Of a DNA stretch of 64,000 bases, positions 61,721 to 64,000 are shown piece after piece. This stretch comes from Raillietiella orientalis. Its lineage: Eukaryota. The notes below the pieces were generated by a model that was not told the origin of the DNA, made no database searches, and worked only from the letters and a program-made list of their open reading frames with translations. How positions within the stretch are numbered: position 1 is the stretch's first letter; every line of letters begins with the position of its first letter. Where the stretch lies: assembly GCA_036172245.1 (NCBI GenBank), contig JAYWIR010000044.1, positions 248,001 to 312,000 of the forward strand. Reading direction: 5' to 3'. Position numbers and translations under genes: made by a program.

Positions 61721-64000
61721 ACTTCTTGCCCCCAAAATGCACTGCGTCGGGACGAAACGTTCCGTCCTGAAAGGTGTCTCACGTGATGGCGCCGTCTCCG
61801 TAATTTCGTCCCCGCCTTCTTCCTCTCACAAGATTCAATTCCGAGTAGTGGGTTGGTGGAGAGAGAAACGTGGGAACACGAGCTCGAAAGATTGCACACC
61901 TGAAAGCGAATCTGTAACTCGGCTTCACGTGAGAAGCTGTCTCCTTCCTTAATAAGGGGAGTAACAGCAAGTCGAGCACTTAAACGATTGGTCGACTACC
62001 GCTTTCGGGGACTTAATTTCGAAGAAACGCGCTTCTTCGGACACGCCAGATGAGTTTGGATGGGGTAAACAAAACAAGACCAAAGATGGCTGACTATCGG
62101 AGTCGGCCAGAGGTCTGACCGAACGCAGCAGCTGAAGAGTGGCAGTTGGACACCTAGCGTTGCGGTAGGCTTCCTCCTCAGTCGCTGAGTTTCAACCAGA
62201 GCGACCCTCTGTCACGATTTCAAACATTTTTTTCTCCGCTCTAAAAACAGGAACAGATATAGATTTTCTTTTCATTGGAAAACAATTTGTAGACAGACAA
62301 GGGACAGACTTACGTCACCATGCAGAACTCCCTTATCAGGAGACACAAAATAAAGCATTTCACCAGTCATGAACAAATGAAAAGTTTAGCAAGGATTCCA
62401 TGATGGTAGGAATGACGTCATCATTTGAACGCCATAATACGTAATCACGCATGCATTCGCAATTCCCACCATGGTTCTTGAATGCAATGCCATTCCTGCA
62501 TGTGTCCAATGCAGGTGAGCAGTAACGCAAGCGATACTTCCGGGAGAGAGTTCTCGCTGCCAAGCAACGGAACGCTAAGAGCACTTGGAGAACCCACCGC
62601 GCCACAAACGCCAACGCAACGGATGGTTCTTTCGGTTTCCGAAACGAGAAAGCAAATCTGCACACGATGAGGGCATTCCTCCAGTCCTCATTCCCCCCTG
62701 ACACATCCTTCTCGTGGTCATCCACGGGAAGGACGCGTCGTTCATGGTGTGCGTCCGTACTACACGTCGACACCGCGGTTGGCAACACCCCGCGGTTCCC
62801 TCACGAAAGAGGATGCTTGCTGGTTGCAGCTGCAGAAACCAATAGCGGAGTCGAGGACCGCGGATCCGGTTGCTTTGTGTGCCCTGCGGCAGATTCGGTT
62901 TCGATTTCAAACCTGAAAGGCACGCAAGACGGAATCGCAGGTCCACTCTTCTCCTTCCTCTTCTTCACCGGTGAAACCTGCGAGATGGTCTCAAGCACGA
63001 CCCAAACGCAATTATCCATCACGTGCATCATCATGCATCCATCCACCCATCAATTGAAAGCAAAAGTGCAAGTGGAGCAATTTATAACGCAATTCCTTGG
63101 TAATTTTGCACCTGATAAGATAAATTACATGCTTCTGGATAACAGCAGAGGCGCATCTTTGTAGGCAAACCTGGACATGCGCTAAGTCATAGATCTTCAC
63201 CGACGGTTTTCATTTCATGACGCAAGCTGCTGATTCGGGTGTCGACTTTCGGAGATGCTCCATCGGGAATAGCAATGGTCGTGCTGGAATTCCGTCCGGC
63301 ATGAAAGAGTGGCACCTGAGAAAAGTGGGTACCCCCGAGGAATCACAGAATCTTGAATCGCTGTTGACTGGCAGCGCCAGCTGATAATGCTCCATCCAAC
63401 TCAGCCGCGGTTCGGAAGCTGGCAAACGAGATTATCTGCAGGATTTCCTGCGCCTCGTGAGGACTGCAGCCTTGGAGTGATGGGATGAACTTGCGGTGTC
63501 TCCACTCCTCTCGAAATCGTAGGCACTGCTTACCACGGATGGTCGTCATCACCTGGAGGACATCACAGGTGCCAATGATGTGACCGTCTAACCAGACAAA
63601 TGCAAGATGGACATGATGAAGGGCAAGGGTGAAGTGCCAGAGATCCTGGAGACATCAAGATGAGTCACGAAACTGCATCACGAAAGGCACGTGCGTTCCA
63701 CATTTATTTGCGCAGCCACCGTCTTTTTCTTTGAAAAAAAATTTTTTCCCCCAATGTACGCATCTGAAATCGCAGCATTCTCAAAGTGCATGATAGGAGC
63801 CCACATTAATAACTACTAGAATTATTGATACATCATCGCTGCCTTTGTTTAGAGAATCTGCTCGTTGTGCACACAAATATTTCATGAATAAGAAATACTT
63901 TCCGAACACCTGAGATTTCAAAAATGAGTTCTAAACATTACCAGGAGTCTCATGTTTTCGAGTTTTGTACCAAAAATCGGAGAGTACCATCGAGCACACG

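Noticed and set aside
1..64000. CRISPR arrays, operons or other prokaryotic systems
   Set aside because: There are no regularly spaced repeats or dense long ORFs; spliceosomal introns and LINE relics show the DNA is eukaryotic.

Overview
This is eukaryotic, almost certainly arthropod, nuclear DNA, and most short ORFs in the supplied track are spurious. The one convincing protein-coding gene is a minus-strand DIP-gamma/Lachesin-type three-Ig-domain cell-surface gene. I reconstruct it as 9 GT-AG exons from 28217 down to 893 (1239 nt, 412 aa). It has a signal-peptide exon, a 20.8-kb and a 4.7-kb intron, several 40-52 nt micro-introns and a GPI-signal-like tail. Its first intron holds a divergent 5S rRNA gene followed directly by a tRNA-headed, poly(A)-tailed SINE-like element. 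The rest is mostly decayed mobile DNA: RTE and L2/CR1 LINE pieces, Gypsy pieces and RLE-clade (NeSL/Utopia) pieces. Three things stand out. (1) There are two short 5' U2 snRNA fragments, each fused directly to a 5'-truncated Utopia-type endonuclease tail, plus a possible third U2 fragment fused to an RTE piece. (2) Many decayed copies of an unrecognised coding repeat family occur, one ORF of which has tyrosine-recombinase/HTH-like motifs. (3) A 673-bp near-perfect inverted repeat has more diverged margins. All alignments and translations were done by eye, with no database searches.
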